DNA of 63,989 nt, counting the filler, from Guillardia theta CCMP2712 (taxonomy: Eukaryota > Protista > Cryptophyta), in NCBI RefSeq assembly GCF_000315625.1. It is 6 parts of 6 records of this genome, joined end to end, with 100 filler letters (N's around TTAATTAATTAA, not from the genome) between each part and the next. Parts side by side here need not be neighbours in the genome. Positions count along the whole stretch, not along the records: positions 1 to 27,425 come from NW_005434497.1; 5 more parts are not named here. One strand, written 5' to 3'. Positions within the stretch are counted from its first letter, which is position 1. Each line of letters begins with the position of its first letter. Position numbers and translations under genes: made by a program. Below, in pieces: positions 1 through 13,150 of this stretch. The notes under the pieces are model-generated. The model did not search any database. It had not been told where the DNA came from and saw only the letters and a program-made list of their open reading frames with translations.

Positions 1-147
1 CTCCATCTCTTCCTCTTCCCCTCTCCCTCTTCCTCCAGAGAGTGAGCAGCAGAGGGAGAGAGTGGAAGAGGGAGAAGGGGAGGCAAAGGCAGAGAAAGAG
101 CGAGAGGAAGAGGGAAACAGAGGGGAAGAGAGGAGGAGAATAAGAGT

Positions 148-149
<2 letters not shown>

Positions 150-240
<91 letters not shown>
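150..240. repeat. (GA)n microsatellite
   Basis: Perfect AG dinucleotide run. Confidence 0.95.
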
Positions 241-244
<4 letters not shown>

Positions 245-336
245 GAGGAGGAGATCAGGAGGGAGGAGGAAGAGGAGGAGTAATGACGAGTTAGGAGGAG
301 GAGGATCATGATGATGAGGAGGAGGAGCATGATATT

Positions 337-631
337 TTACATGGTGGCTTGACGACATCTTGAAAGCTCCTCCTCCTTTTCTCCTGCCAAGTCCTCCCTG
401 CTCCGTAGCCGCAGCTGCAACGGAGAGAGCGAACGCGTCACGACACCGGTGAAAGAAGGAAGAAGGAGTTCTGATCATGTCGGAGAGTTGGTAGGAGACA
501 TTGAGGTGCTGACGTTGGTAGAGGTGGAGGAGAGGGAGGAAGAGGAGGAGGAGGAGGAAGCAAAGATGATGATGGTTGTTGTTGTTGTGGTGGTGGTGAT
601 GATGATGATGATGAGCATGATGTTGATGACG

Positions 632-668
<37 letters not shown>

Positions 669-787
669 CGACGAGGAGGAATTAGTTTCTCACTCGCGCA
701 CTAATTGGTTGACCCGATCCAGTGATGCTTGATCCTCCTCTAAACCCATGGCCAGCTCCTGCCAACATCCTCATGAGCCTCTCCTCT

Positions 788-842
<55 letters not shown>

Positions 843-3800
843 CCACTTATCCCTGCTGTTCCTGTCTCTCCTCTTCCTGCGCTCTTCCTTTGTCCCTCCT
901 CCTCCTCCTCCTCCTCCTCCTGTCTCTCCTCATACTCCTGCTCTGGCTCACCTTCATCTTCTCGTCCTCCAAGGAAGGAGCACTAGAGAGCACTTCGTCC
1001 AAGACGGTGACCATCAAGTCCGCTTGCTCTCTTCCTCAAGGGAGGGAAGTGAGGAGTAGGATGGCGAGGGGAAGAGACGAAATGATGAAGATGAACGTCA
1101 AGGGGGTTGTTGAGGAAGACACTGTGGAGCAGGGGGAGCAGGGGCAGGCGCAGGCGCAGGCGCAGGAGCAGGAGAAGGAGCAGGGGCAAGGGCAGGAGAA
1201 GGAGGAGGAGAAGGAGACAGGGAAACCTTGATAAGCAGAGAGGAGGTTTGATCTTGAGCACGTTGTTGTGAATGCCGTCGGAGCCGAGGAGAAGACCTCT
1301 ACATCTGCTCGCTTCCACTACATATGTTGTCTGCTCGCTACATGTCAGCTCGCTGTCCTGTTTCTTCCTTTTTCCACGTCCTCCTGCTGATCCAACTCCT
1401 TCCTCCTCCTTCTCCTGATCCAACTCCTTCCTCCTCCTCCTCCTGATCCTCCTCCTCCTCCTCCTCCTGATCCAACTCCTCCTCCTCCTCCTGATCCAAC
1501 TCCTTCCTCCTCCTTCTCCTGATCCAACTCCTCCTCCTCCTGATCCAACTCCTTCCTCCTCCTTCTCCTGACTCCAACTCCTACTTCCTCCTCCTCCCTC
1601 CTCCACCTCCTTCATCTNNNNNNNNNNNNNNNNNNNNNNNNNNNNNNNNNNNNNNNNNNNNNNNNNNNNNNNNNNNNNNNNNNNNNNNNNNNNNNNNNNN
1701 NNNNNNNNNNNNNNNNNTCCTTCTCCTCCTCCTCCTCCTCCTCCTCCTCCTCCTCCTCCTCTCAACTTCCCTATCTTTTCACCTCAGATCATTCATCTCC
1801 CTCCCCTTTCCCCTCTCGCTGTTCCTCCTTCCCACCCTCCATCCCCACCAGGCCAGGAGCAGGCAAGCAGGATGACTTGTCGCGAACGAATTCAAGGCCG
1901 AGAAAGAGACCTGCAGGAAGGGTAGAAGGAGGGGAAGAGAAGGAGGGGGGAAGAGAAAGGATATCCGGAAGGAGGAGGCAGACGGAGGGGAGGAGGGGAG
2001 GAGGGAAGGAAAAGAAGGGAGAAGAAATGGAGTCCAAACAGAAGGTAAGTGCAGGCAGAGGCGGAGCAGGGGCAGGGGCAGTGGCAGTGGGGCGCGGGGG
2101 TGGAAAGTTTGGCAGGTGGGCTGGGGAGAGTGGTGGTGGTTGGGTGGGGGAGGGGGGAGGAGAGGGGGGGATGACCTGAGCCTCGTACGTCACCAATACA
2201 TTCATGTCGATCCCTCAGCTTGTTCAGCTCCTTCTTGAGATGTCGCCCCACCTGCACAGAGAAATGTTCATCCCCCCCAACACCCCCCCCCCTCTCCCCG
2301 TCCTCCTCCTCTGCCCCCCTTCCTTATCCTCCTCCCTCGTCGTCCCATCCTTCTCCACTGCCCTCCTCCTCTCTTCCTCTCGGTCCCTCTTACGCCTGAT
2401 CTCCCTTCCCCCTCCACCTCCTCCTTCTCCTCCATCACTGACCTCGTCCACGTTGCGCAACACATCATCGAACACCATTGCCTTGAGAGAAAGTGAGGCA
2501 GAGAGGGGAGGAGAAGAGGAGGGGAACGCAGCTGCAGTAACAGCTGGATAGCAGAAGAGGAGGGGAACGCAGCTGCAGTAACAGCTGGATAGCAGTGAGG
2601 GTGGAGGAGGAGGAGGCGAAAGAGCAGGAGGGAGTCTTCACCTCCAGCACTGCTTGACCCACTCTCATCGCTGCAGTGCTTCCTCCGAAGGTGTTGAAAT
2701 ATTCCATGCCGTTAGCGAACGATGCTGCTAGCTGAATAAAGACTGTCAGCCTCTCTTGTGCTCCTGCTCCTGCTCCTGCTTCTGCTCGTCCTGCCCCCCG
2801 CTCCCCCCCGCTCCTCCTCCTTTCCCCCTCCCCCTCTTCCCCCCCCCTTCTCCCCCCCCCGCTCAACCTCACTTGCTCCTCTCAGCTTGTAGCTGCCGCT
2901 GTCTCCTCACCTCTTTCGTCGTGACGACTGCGGCCAGAGGGAAGCCATTTCCCATCGGCTGCACGACAAAAGATGAGGCACCGGATAGTTGGGAATGGAG
3001 GAGGAGGACGAAGGAGGGGAGAGGAGGACAAGGTCAAGGAATTGGAGAGGAGGGAAAGAGAGTAGGAGGAGGAGATCAAGGAATGGGATAGGAGGGAAGG
3101 AGCGGAGAAGAACGAGGAGAGGGGAAATAAAAACAAATGGAGGGAGCAGCTAGGCAGGAAGGGAGCGAGGGAAGTGATGGAGGAGTCGATTGTTTGACCT
3201 TTCCCAACGTGACGATGTCAGGAACAGCATCGCCCAACTCAAACCCCCACATCTTCCCTTCCCCCGCTCGCCCGAACCCACTCTGACAACATATCTCAGC
3301 TGCTTTCCAACAGAGTAGAAGGAGAAAGAAGGGGGCAGAGCTCATGGTGGTGAAAATGGAAGAACGTGACGGAGACGGAGGCAGGGACAAGGACGAGGAC
3401 AAGGAGGAGGGGGAAGGAGGAAGGGGGGGAAGGATGTGAGGTGAAAGGGGGGGGAAGTGAGAAGGAGGAGGAGGAGGAGTGAGAATGTGTGAGCAGGAGG
3501 AGTGAGCAAGTAGGAGAGAAGGAGGGAGGAGGAGGAGGAGGAAGAGGAGCTAACCTGGACCTCGTCACTTATGCAGACTCCTCCCTCCTCGCGCACGAGC
3601 TCGTAAACCTTTGAGAGAGAGTCAGGCAGGAGGAAGCTGAGGTCGAGCTGACCTGCTTGAGGTAGCGAGGAGGGAGAGGATGGTAGCCGGCAGTGCTGAG
3701 CATGCCCTCGCATATGAAGGCGGCTGGTCTCTTGCCCGAAGTTTTCATCCTGAGGGAGACGTGCAGGGAGGGGAGTGAGCTAAGAGAAAGTGGATGAGGG

Positions 3801-5761
3801 GAGGAGGGGAGGATGGGGGAGGGAGAGAGGGAGGGAGGGAGGGAGGGAGGGGGGAGCAGGAGGGGGCGGTAATATTAGGAACTGACTCACTTGTCGAGAG
3901 CTGTCTTCACATGCAGAGCATAACTTCTTGCTGGGTTTGAATCACTGCGATGATCTCCGCGGAACATGTCTGGAAATAAGAAGTTCACATCGTTTCGTTG
4001 GCATCATCATCGTCATCAACATCAACTACTGCATCTACATCTACACCAGCATCTACTTCATCCCCATCCTCATGAACATCATCAGCATCTATCATCATCA
4101 TCATCAAGAACAGCGGTGGCGGTGTCAGCAGCAGCAATCTCAACCATATCATCGTCATCTAAATCTATCCTTGCGTCAACTATCTCATCAAAACCAACTT
4201 ATACCAGGTACTGGAACTTTCCAAACATTAGCAGGCTGTGGGAACCCTCCTTTCCCATCAAATTTGTACGGTGAAATCTTGATTAATTCTACGAAAAATC
4301 GAAAACGTTAGGGACAAGGTTGAAATTCGTCGTGAAGATAACCTTCTGTATGTCCGTGGTATGCTCCTTCCATAACGATGAAATCTTGAGCTTTGGTATG
4401 GGCCCTTGCGATCCCTTGTTAAAGACAAAGATGTCACTATCATCTACATCTACATCTACATCTACATCTGCATCTACATCTACATCTGCATCTGCATCTG
4501 CATCGACTTATTCACCTACCTCTACCTCTACCTCTACCTCTACCTCTACCTCTACCTCTACCTCTACCTCTACCTCTACCTCTAAATCTACCTCTACCTC
4601 TACCTCTACCTCTACCTCTACCTCTACCTCTACAGGATCAAGTTTCTCACTCAATGCAAGGTCATTCGCTTCTGAGCCTGAGTTGACGAAGAAGCAAACA
4701 TGAAGTTTCTGCATCAATCTTGCGTGAGGAAAACATGAAGGAACGGGGGCAAGGAGAGGAGAGGAGAGGAGAGGAGACGTCACAGGACAGACCAAATAAG
4801 AGAGGAGCACAAGGAGCAGAAGCGAAGAAGCAAGGTCAAGGACAAGGACAAGGACAAGGACAAGGACGAGAAGCGGCAGGAGCAGGAGGATCTAGGACTA
4901 TCTCGACCTCCGGGAAGAGTCTCGTCAATTGCTCAGCGTAATCTGTGAGCTGAAGAGGAAAGCACAGTATCAACGTGACGCTCTAGTGGAAGGATTGAGA
5001 GCAACCTCTGCATACACGTATCTTGTGTTGGTGTTGAGTTGCGCCAGCTTCAACCATAGAGTCAGGACAAGGAGAACATGAAACAGAACGAGGAGGAGGA
5101 GGATCAGAAGTTGAAGGGAGGAGAAGGGAGGAGGAGGGAGGAGGGAGAGGATCAGAGCATAGCAAGAGGGCAAGGACAAGAAGGTGTTGTTGGTTGAAAA
5201 AGTCTCAACACGTCACTACCTGCTCGGCCGCTGCTCTCACAACATGGGGGTGACAATGTCCGAGGCTCGCAGGATTGTTGACAAAATCCAAGAATGCCTT
5301 TGATAGATCCAGCGATGTCATCGTCATCCTCAGCGACAGCACAACAACATCCAACATGCCCTCCATCGTCCTCCACGTCACCGTCATCATTTCCGNNNNN
5401 NNNNNNNNNNNNNNNNNNNNNNNNNNNNNNNNNNNNNNNNNNNNNNNNNNNNNNNNNNNNNNNNNNNNNNNNNNNNNNNNNNNNNNNNNNNNNNNNNNNN
5501 NNNNNNNNNNNNNNNNNNNNNNNNNNNNNNNNNNNNNNNNNNNNNNNNNNNNNNNNNNNNNNNNNNNNNNNNNNNNNNNNNNNNNNNNNNNNNNNNNNNN
5601 NNNNNNNNNNNNNNNNNNNNNNNNNNNNNNNNNNNNNNNNNNNNNNNNNNNNNNNNNNNNNNNNNNNNNNNNNNNNNNNNNNNNNNNNNNNNNNNNNNNN
5701 NNNNNNNNNNNACTACTACTACTACTACTCCTACCATCATCATCATCATCATCTCCATCAT

Positions 5762-5808
<47 letters not shown>

Positions 5809-6256
5809 GGAGCAGCAGCATCGTCACTGCCTACACTGCTATGAACAGAATATCAATCATCCTCATCCTCATCCTCATCCTCATCATCCTCGTCCTCGTC
5901 CTCATCGTCTGCACGCACCTGATCTCTGAAATCAATCAGGAACGTTCCTCTACCTGCCCGAATATCCTTCAACGAGACAGGCCGGCCATACTTTCACTTC
6001 TTACCTCTTTCCACTAGGATGGGGTTGTGATAATGTGTAGACCTGAGATGAAAACTTGTGTCACGCAAGTTTGTACGGTGATCCTCAACATGTTCTCACA
6101 AAGATGGGCCAAGGAAAGCCTTTCGCCGAGATATCTGATTCTCGAGCTCTTTGGATCTGTGAAACTATCACGGCAGGAAGGCAAGGTGACGTGAGAGCGG
6201 AGGGTTGAAGATTGATATCTGAGACATCTTGGTCACCTGAAAGATATCCTGCTCAT
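337..6256 (-). CDS. Class-III PLP-dependent aminotransferase (AGXT2/ETNPPL/PHYKPL-like), multi-exon, spans two gaps
   Basis: Minus-strand exons in the expected order: FLDFVNNPASLGHCHPHVV, LNTNTRY, VCFFVNSGSEANDLAL, GGVCISDEVQ-SGFGRAG, PDIVTLGK (PLP lysine), MGNGFPLAAVVTT, YFNTFGG, IGDVRG-GLFLGLEFV, HNNVLKIKPPL. Start and stop are approximate. Confidence 0.88.
1382..1580. repeat. Intronic degenerate minisatellite with core CTCCTGATCCAACTCC plus CCT runs
   Basis: The core recurs several times at roughly 24-30 bp spacing. Confidence 0.8.
4438..4632. repeat. (ACATCT)n/(ACCTCT)n hexamer arrays, intronic
   Basis: Directly visible tandem hexamers. Confidence 0.9.
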
Positions 6257-7270
6257 GGGGAGTGGACAACTGCAAGAGAAATCAAATCAATACAGAACGC
6301 CAGGGACGGAAACACGCGGTAGTAGTGTTGGTGATGTGGGGTAGTGCGATGGAGGAGGAGGAAGGGGAGGGGGTCAAGGAGGAGGGACATGAATATATAT
6401 CTGATCGTCCTACCATCACCTCCTCGATTCCTCGTGCTGAACACACGTCTACCTCCTCCTCTCCTCCCATTCTCCCTCCCCCATTGCCGCAGATTTTCGC
6501 GCTTCATATTTCTGCTCATTGGTCCCAATCTTTGCACTGAGGCAGGCTTGTGTGGTTGTTGCGGGGTGGTTTGACACCCTACAAAGTAGGGGTAGTGGTG
6601 ATCTTTAACTACCCACCCCTTTATTGACAAAAGGAAACTCAAAAGGGGGGGTATGAGTTTAACGGGTAGAGTCGGAACCGGAAAGGTTCGATGTGACTTT
6701 TCTTGGGTGGGTGGTCGAAATTGACGATTTAACCCGGTAGTAAGATGTATTTTGAGTCCTTATAAAGGTGGTGGGGGTCATTGATATCGGAGAGGGTGGG
6801 AGGGTGGGGGTTAGTGGAAACTTATATTAGATCGCTCGAAAAATAGAGTGAGGGGGTACGGGCGATGCAAATTCGGTCTCGAACCGGTCCATTTGACTAC
6901 AAATCATGGGGTGAAGATTTATTACAGTGGGTGGGGGGTACGGTGCGGTGCAAAACATGTTCGGACCGTAGTGGCGCTTTTCCTTGGGTGAACGGATCCG
7001 GCGAGAGACGCGGAACGCCAGCTACTTACCCTCCTCATCTCCTCCCTCCTCTCCTCATCTCCTCTCCCTCTCCCTCCTCATCTCCTCTCCTCTCCCTCTC
7101 CTCTCCTCATTCCCCTAGGCTCTGAAGTCTTCTAGCCTCTTCTCCTCTTGCGACTGGGACTTATACTTGCTGCAAAGAATACAGCGACAGGGCGATCGAT
7201 ATTGACGGGGAACAACGTGATCCTTCCTAGAGACCAAGAGAACCTTCACAAAGAAGCCTGAGAGGTGGAA

Positions 7271-7809
7271 ATGGGTCAAGCCTCAGACAAGTTCGCTTGC
7301 GACTTGTGCCAGCCATCAAAAAACAGTACAACGAATAGTGTGATGACGCCTCTGGAAGTCAATGCAACGGCCACGGTATCCAAACTTCGGCCGGTCTTGA
7401 AGAGAAACAGCGAAGAGGGCTTGCAGTCGAGCACTCCAGGTGACCTTGGAGGCGTCAAGTGTTGTGTGGGAGGATGTTTGACCTCGCTGCAGCTCCAGAC
7501 GATGGTGGGAAAGCTTCGTCGACCGGTAGCAGTTCGAAGGAGCTCCAAAAGATGGCCGAAGACCTCTCGGCACTCAACAAGTCGATCATGGGGCTGGAGA
7601 TCCGAAAGCTCTCTCTCCGGCAGCAGCTGGACAAACCTCGCAATCAGAACAACTTTGCAATCCGGCTGGAGCTAAAAGAGGTTGAGAGGACGATTAAGAG
7701 CCAAACAGCACAGCACAAGAAACTGACGAAGGCAAAAGAAGAACTAGAAAACAATTTGATCGCCCTGAGAAAGAATTCATTTGCTAGATTTACAGTTTCC
7801 AAAACATAA
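7271..7809 (+). CDS. Hypothetical coiled-coil protein, two exons
   Basis: A GTGACC...GCAG intron at about 7440-7491 joins MGQASDKF...STP in frame to APDDGGK...LQKMAEDLSALNKSIMGLEIRK...VSKT*. The second exon has a heptad-like pattern. Confidence 0.55.
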
Positions 7810-7841
7810 AAAAGCACAGTCTCTGCCCTTGTATCGACATG

Positions 7842-10098
7842 CTACTTGTCATCCAGGCCCCTCCGATGGTACAACCTCACATGCAACTCCCCTGTGCGAG
7901 CTCGTCAAGGGGTTGCGAGAGAGACAAGAGCGAGTCCATTACCCGACACGCGAGACTTCGGGGACCTCTTCTCGAGAGCACACCATTCGTCCTTGGTTGT
8001 CTGTGGAGGGAACAGTCACTTCCAGAGCCGAGGACAGCGAATCGTTGGTCCTCGACAAGTAACAAGGGCGGCATAAACGGAAGGAAGGCCGCCAGCAACT
8101 CACCTTGTTCTGCAACTGCGCCAAGGCCAGCTGTAACCTTCCAAGAAACTTGTCCTGGGGCAACAGGGTAAACAAGGGAACACAAGGGGGGAGGACGGAC
8201 CATGCTAAGACGCCCGCTCTTGCTCCACACTTCGATCATCAGAACATCCGCTGGCTCCGTGGCCACGAAGTCGAAGGCATTCTCCCATACAGGGTTAAGA
8301 TCGGCATGTACGACCTTGGTGCTTGCCATCCGCTTCTTTCCGAGGGAGCTGGATGAGCTGGTTCAGCGACTGAGCATGACGATGACGTCATCAGAAATCA
8401 CCTGAGCCATAGGGTACAGTACGGGTTGCTCGTGCCCCCGGTCTCCTTGCCTACAAGGTTCCTCGCCTCGATGATCGTCACCGTCAGGCTTCCCCTGTCC
8501 AACATTCCTGTCCAGTCGAAAATTCGATCGTTCTGGCAGCAAAGATGAGCGAGTCAGAATGAGCTCGAGCAAAGAGGGAGAGGAGGGCAATGTTGTGGTG
8601 CTAGAGGTACAGGAGGTCGAGGAGTTTGTGAAAGTGTGGATGGAGATAGTCGAGGAGTTGGCAATGAAGGTAGACGTGCTGGTGCTGGTGCTGTTGCTGG
8701 TGCAGTTACCTTGAGCCTGCATAGTTGAAACGTCGACCTGAACATCTCCTTGCACATTTCATAGTCCGGCTCCTCCTCGAAGGCGAGCTGCCGGGAGTAG
8801 TCTATGAACTTTTGAAAGCAAGAAGGAAGCCCCGCGCATAACTTTGTCGTAGAGATCTGCTCTTTGATCTGCCCGATTTTCTCATACTTCTCTGGCAGGT
8901 TGGCGGCTTTCACCCCCTGCCATGGCAGCCCACGACACGCCAGGTAGACCAAGACATATCCTATCGTCTCCAGGTCATCTCTTCTGCTCAGCTGAGCTCC
9001 ATGATGCGAGTTGATCGAGCAGTATCTGGCAGTGCCAACCAGGCTCGTCAGGTTTTTCTCCCTCTGCCCGATGTGTTTCCCAGTCTTCGGGTCTATGTAG
9101 AACTTCGAAAGCCCGAAGTCGACCGCATAGATCGTACCTGCATTCTCCCCTGCACGCACGTTTCAGCTCTGAAACACGGAAACAGTCACACGAGAGAGCC
9201 CACCTAGCCCCGTTAAGAAGTTGTCTGGCTTGATGTCTCGGTGCAACAGGCCACGGGAATGCATTTGCTTGCGAGTTTGTCAGCATAGCCGGAGAGCGAG
9301 GGTAAGAGGTGACAAGTGTTGCTCACCTGCGTCCTCAGCAGCATCTGATCTGCCAGTAGCAGGACAGTTTTGAGCGAAAAGCGGCCTCCACACAGCTCAA
9401 GGAGGTCTTCGATGTTGTGCCCGAGGCGGTCGATAACGATCATCTTCAGATTGTTCTCCTCTCCCTCCGCGATCAGCCTCGGGAATCCCTGCAGCAAGAG
9501 GGCAAGCATGGCTTCAGTGCCATCGCAGCTCCTCCTGACATGCTCGCTCGCCACTCACCGGCATCCCCCTCAGGTGCTTGTAGACGTTCACCTCCTGCTT
9601 CAGCTGCGGTACTTTGATGTCCCTCTTCTCTACCTTGATGGCCACCTCCTGCTGGGTGTTAATGTCTCGGGCATGAAAGATGTGCCCAAAGGATCCCTTC
9701 CCCAGCTCCCTCAGCAACTTGAACCGACCCAGCACGACCCAACCAATCAAAACTTTCGGAACCAGGGACGTAGCCGGGGCGACCTTGTCCTTCCCTTCAG
9801 TCGCAGGATTCGTGGCAACCGTTTCTCCTCTGACGGACGGCATGGTGCGAATTGGCCGCCTCCGCTCCTTGTGATCATGCTCGTGCGTCTTCCTCACCAT
9901 GCTCGTGTCCGATGAGTCGTTCACGAGCATCGAGGGCGACGCTAAGATCCCCGTCATGCCCGACGTCGGGCTCTCATGGTGCTCAGGTTGGACATCCACA
10001 TACAGCGGAGGGTCTGAAAACGCCCCTTCCCCCTCGTCACACCTAGCCTTCCTCCACTCATTCTCAGTATCGCACTGCATGTCAGGCGCTGCCTCCAT
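7842..10098 (-). CDS. Casein kinase 1 family kinase with C-terminal C2 domain
   Basis: Kinase motifs [69 protein letters not shown] and FDW. These are followed by the C2 motifs [11 protein letters not shown]...[19 protein letters not shown] and [23 protein letters not shown]. Confidence 0.9.
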
Positions 10099-10943
10099 GA
10101 CAGCGCGGGAGTCAGGGTCGCAAGAACGTATCCGACTTCATCTGGTAAGGGCTCAGCGTCTCCCTGGCAACTTGACACGAGTCAGCACGACATGATACGC
10201 GCAAAGAACATCAGAGGCAATCATCCGCTCCTCTCCTCCATCATCATTCCTCAGAAATTTTTCAACGCAAACCTGGAGCTCTACCTGCCCACACCGTTTG
10301 CATCGGCCTCTCCTAAGAGTCTCTTCCTCCCTGCCCTCCCCTTCACTATGGTTTCTTCTACTTCATCTGCTCTCCCCTCTCCTTCCCTCCTCCCTCCCTC
10401 CTCCTTTCCTCTCCCCACCGCCCTGCTTTTCTCCCGACGTAATCATCCCTGCCACCATCGTCGGACAGTTCGTTCTTCTCCGTTACAAAAATAACGGTTC
10501 TTTCGATCCGACCGTGACTGCAGGCCGCGTCGCCGGCGCCGGGCCGGGCCCGGGCCCGGTACTACGGTAGGCCGCAACTAGGCTACTACCGTACCGTACC
10601 GCCGCGTGCCGGGCCGCCAGGGCTGAGCCGGGCCCGGCTGCCAGTCGAACGGATGCAGGCCCGGCTGCCAGTCGGACGGATGCAGGCCGCGGCTGCCAGG
10701 CTCTGCCACGGAACGGCCCGGCGCGGGGCCCGGGGGCCCGTGGCCGCTGATCCCAGCACTGCGTTCGTGAACTTCCGAATCCGGATCATCCGATCATGAT
10801 AGCAGTGACTTCCTCATGATTCTACTGAATCCTCCAAGTACTAACTGTTTGCGGCTACAAGACCAACTTATGGTCAGGAAGTTTCGGAAGTTCCTCAGCC
10901 TGTCCGATCACTGTCGGAGCAGCGAAAGAAATTCAGATGGCAT

Positions 10944-13150
10944 TCAATGATTTGAAGCATGCGATGCAGCTGAAGGTGATCGGGTCGGAGTCGCCAGTGG
11001 GTGTGGATAGCTCAGGCTAAGCTGTGTGACTGAGAGGAGCACAGGGAGCAGAAGGTAGAGGAGCCTGGGTGTAGCGGAAGAAGACAAGGTCTGGATGTAC
11101 AGTGAACGTGTTTGATATAAATCATTCGCGAGCTCGGACCTCGCGCCGGCTGTGAGCTTGGGTCCCGGTGTCCTGCATCCTACCCGCTGTAAAACGGCCT
11201 TCCATGTAGCAAGAAGAGCACGACGAGGATCGCCACAAGGCCTGCCAACCCCAGGACACTGCCAGCAGACCGTGAGCAGAGCTCTTGCTGAGGTCGCGCG
11301 ACTCACCCGAGAACTCCGGCGATGATCTTGCGAGGCTTTGACTCAAAGTCCCGATTGAAACGGAGCAGGCCCATGCAAAAGCCGCACCCGAACCCTCCCG
11401 CATGACAGAAGTTGTCGACCTGTGAGACAAGAAGCTCGTCAAAGCCACTCGTCAGCGAAGAACGAGTACTCACGCGATCATGCTCAACTACTCCGATGAT
11501 CACGAGGATCAGCAGGGAGAAAAAAAGATATTTCGCCTTCGACATCCGCAACTGCAAGAGCGTTCAGCACGACCGTCAACAAGACATTTGAAGAGGCTTA
11601 CATGCGCTTGTGTCCTCTGCCAAGTCGCTATCATCTGAGAAACTTCCGCACCAATGACGCCGAGGATCGCTCCGGACGCTCCCACCGAGAGGATCTTTGT
11701 GATTCTCAGCGATATGCTCGCACGTCAACAAGCTAATCACCCCAGGCGAGAAATAGGCGGAGACGATGTTTCCAGCTAGTCCAGACACGAAGTAGATGAC
11801 AGCGATGGTGGGCGTGCCCCAGCTAAGGTGCCGTCAGCGGAAAGAGTTTCAGCCGAGCCTGAGGTCCCTCACCTTGTCTCCGAGCTATACCCGACCACTA
11901 TCTGGGCATACCTACCCAGAGAACCATCATGCTCAGCGAGTCGTCAAAGAAGAGGTCACATGTTTGCTAGGATGTGCACAACTCCCGCATGAAGGAATAT
12001 CGGGACCACGAGTCGCCAAACTTCTCCCCTGGCGGACCAGGTCAGGATGGTCCTTATAAACCCAGGACACGCTCACTGTAGGATCAAAGGAGTCCATTTT
12101 GCACCAAGTTTCAGGAAAGCTTCTCCTGATGGGCCGAGCATGTTGTTCGCACTTGGTGAAGTGAAACCATAAATCGATATTGTAACAATGAAAATTACGA
12201 TGTCTGCAAACCTGATGATGCAAGTTAGACCTCATCGCAAGAGTTGTCCGCTCTCACGTGATAAGGCTCGTGAACGGACACCTCTTCGCAGTCTCAGCAA
12301 ACGTTTGGAATGCGTAACCAACACCTTGCAAAGCAGAACCGTTACCATCCCAGTTGACCTCAAAAGCAACATACCCTTGATACAACATGGACATGTGTAC
12401 AGGACCAACGTTCCACGACAAAACCTTGCAGGGAGTCATAGAGGCAGAAATCGAACAACCATTTTTCATACCCCTTCTCTTTCAGCTCTTGTCTTGTGAT
12501 GAACATCTTGGTGTAACTGCAAGGAAGTGAGCGGATGCGTACTGACGCAGGCGCAGGCTGCTGACCCCAAGTCAATCTCCAAACCATCAATCAACCCATC
12601 CTGAGGAGGTGGCGTCACATTCGCATGCAAGACAAATTGGTTTCTCGCACCTCCATCATTGAATTGATGTTCGAGGGTTGGGTTGGCGCTACTGCATGGT
12701 CACGATTCGCACCCTACGAGAGAATCGGTCATCGCAAGCATCCCAACCTCTGTTTCTTCAGTGTATCACCGTGTTGTGGTTGTAAGATCGTACTTCAGCA
12801 GCATAAGCTTCTCGTTGCAGTGCTGCAGCACGTTGTGTTACAGAGTTGTAATCGTCTTGCGTGCGTCTTGCGTGAAGGCAACGGAAGTTTGTTACGACTG
12901 ATCAATCTTTACCTGCTTGCAAAGCTCTCGCGTACATTTCATCCTTATGAATGTCCTGCTGACTCGTCTGTGGACAGACTCATTCACCATGTATTCTTTC
13001 GATGAAAAATTGCAATACCGAGATGGTTGTGAGGTCGGCGAAATGATAATTTTCCGGCATGCTTGAAAGAGACCGAACAGACTATGTTCGCCGAAGAGCA
13101 ACTTGGACGGCAACTATTGAACGTGCGTACTGTACGAGCACAGACCGTTG
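10944..13150 (-). CDS. Rhomboid intramembrane serine protease, multi-exon, 5' end approximate
   Basis: GPS-EAFLKLGAK, GEVWRLVVPIFLHAGVVHILANM, IYFVSGLAGNIVSA, SVGASGAILG (catalytic Ser) and DNFCHAGGF (catalytic His). Confidence 0.85.

Noticed and set aside
62-3713. Many low-complexity ORFs (poly-E/R/G/L/S/P) here and throughout the window
   Set aside because: They are translations of intronic microsatellites or read through N gaps.
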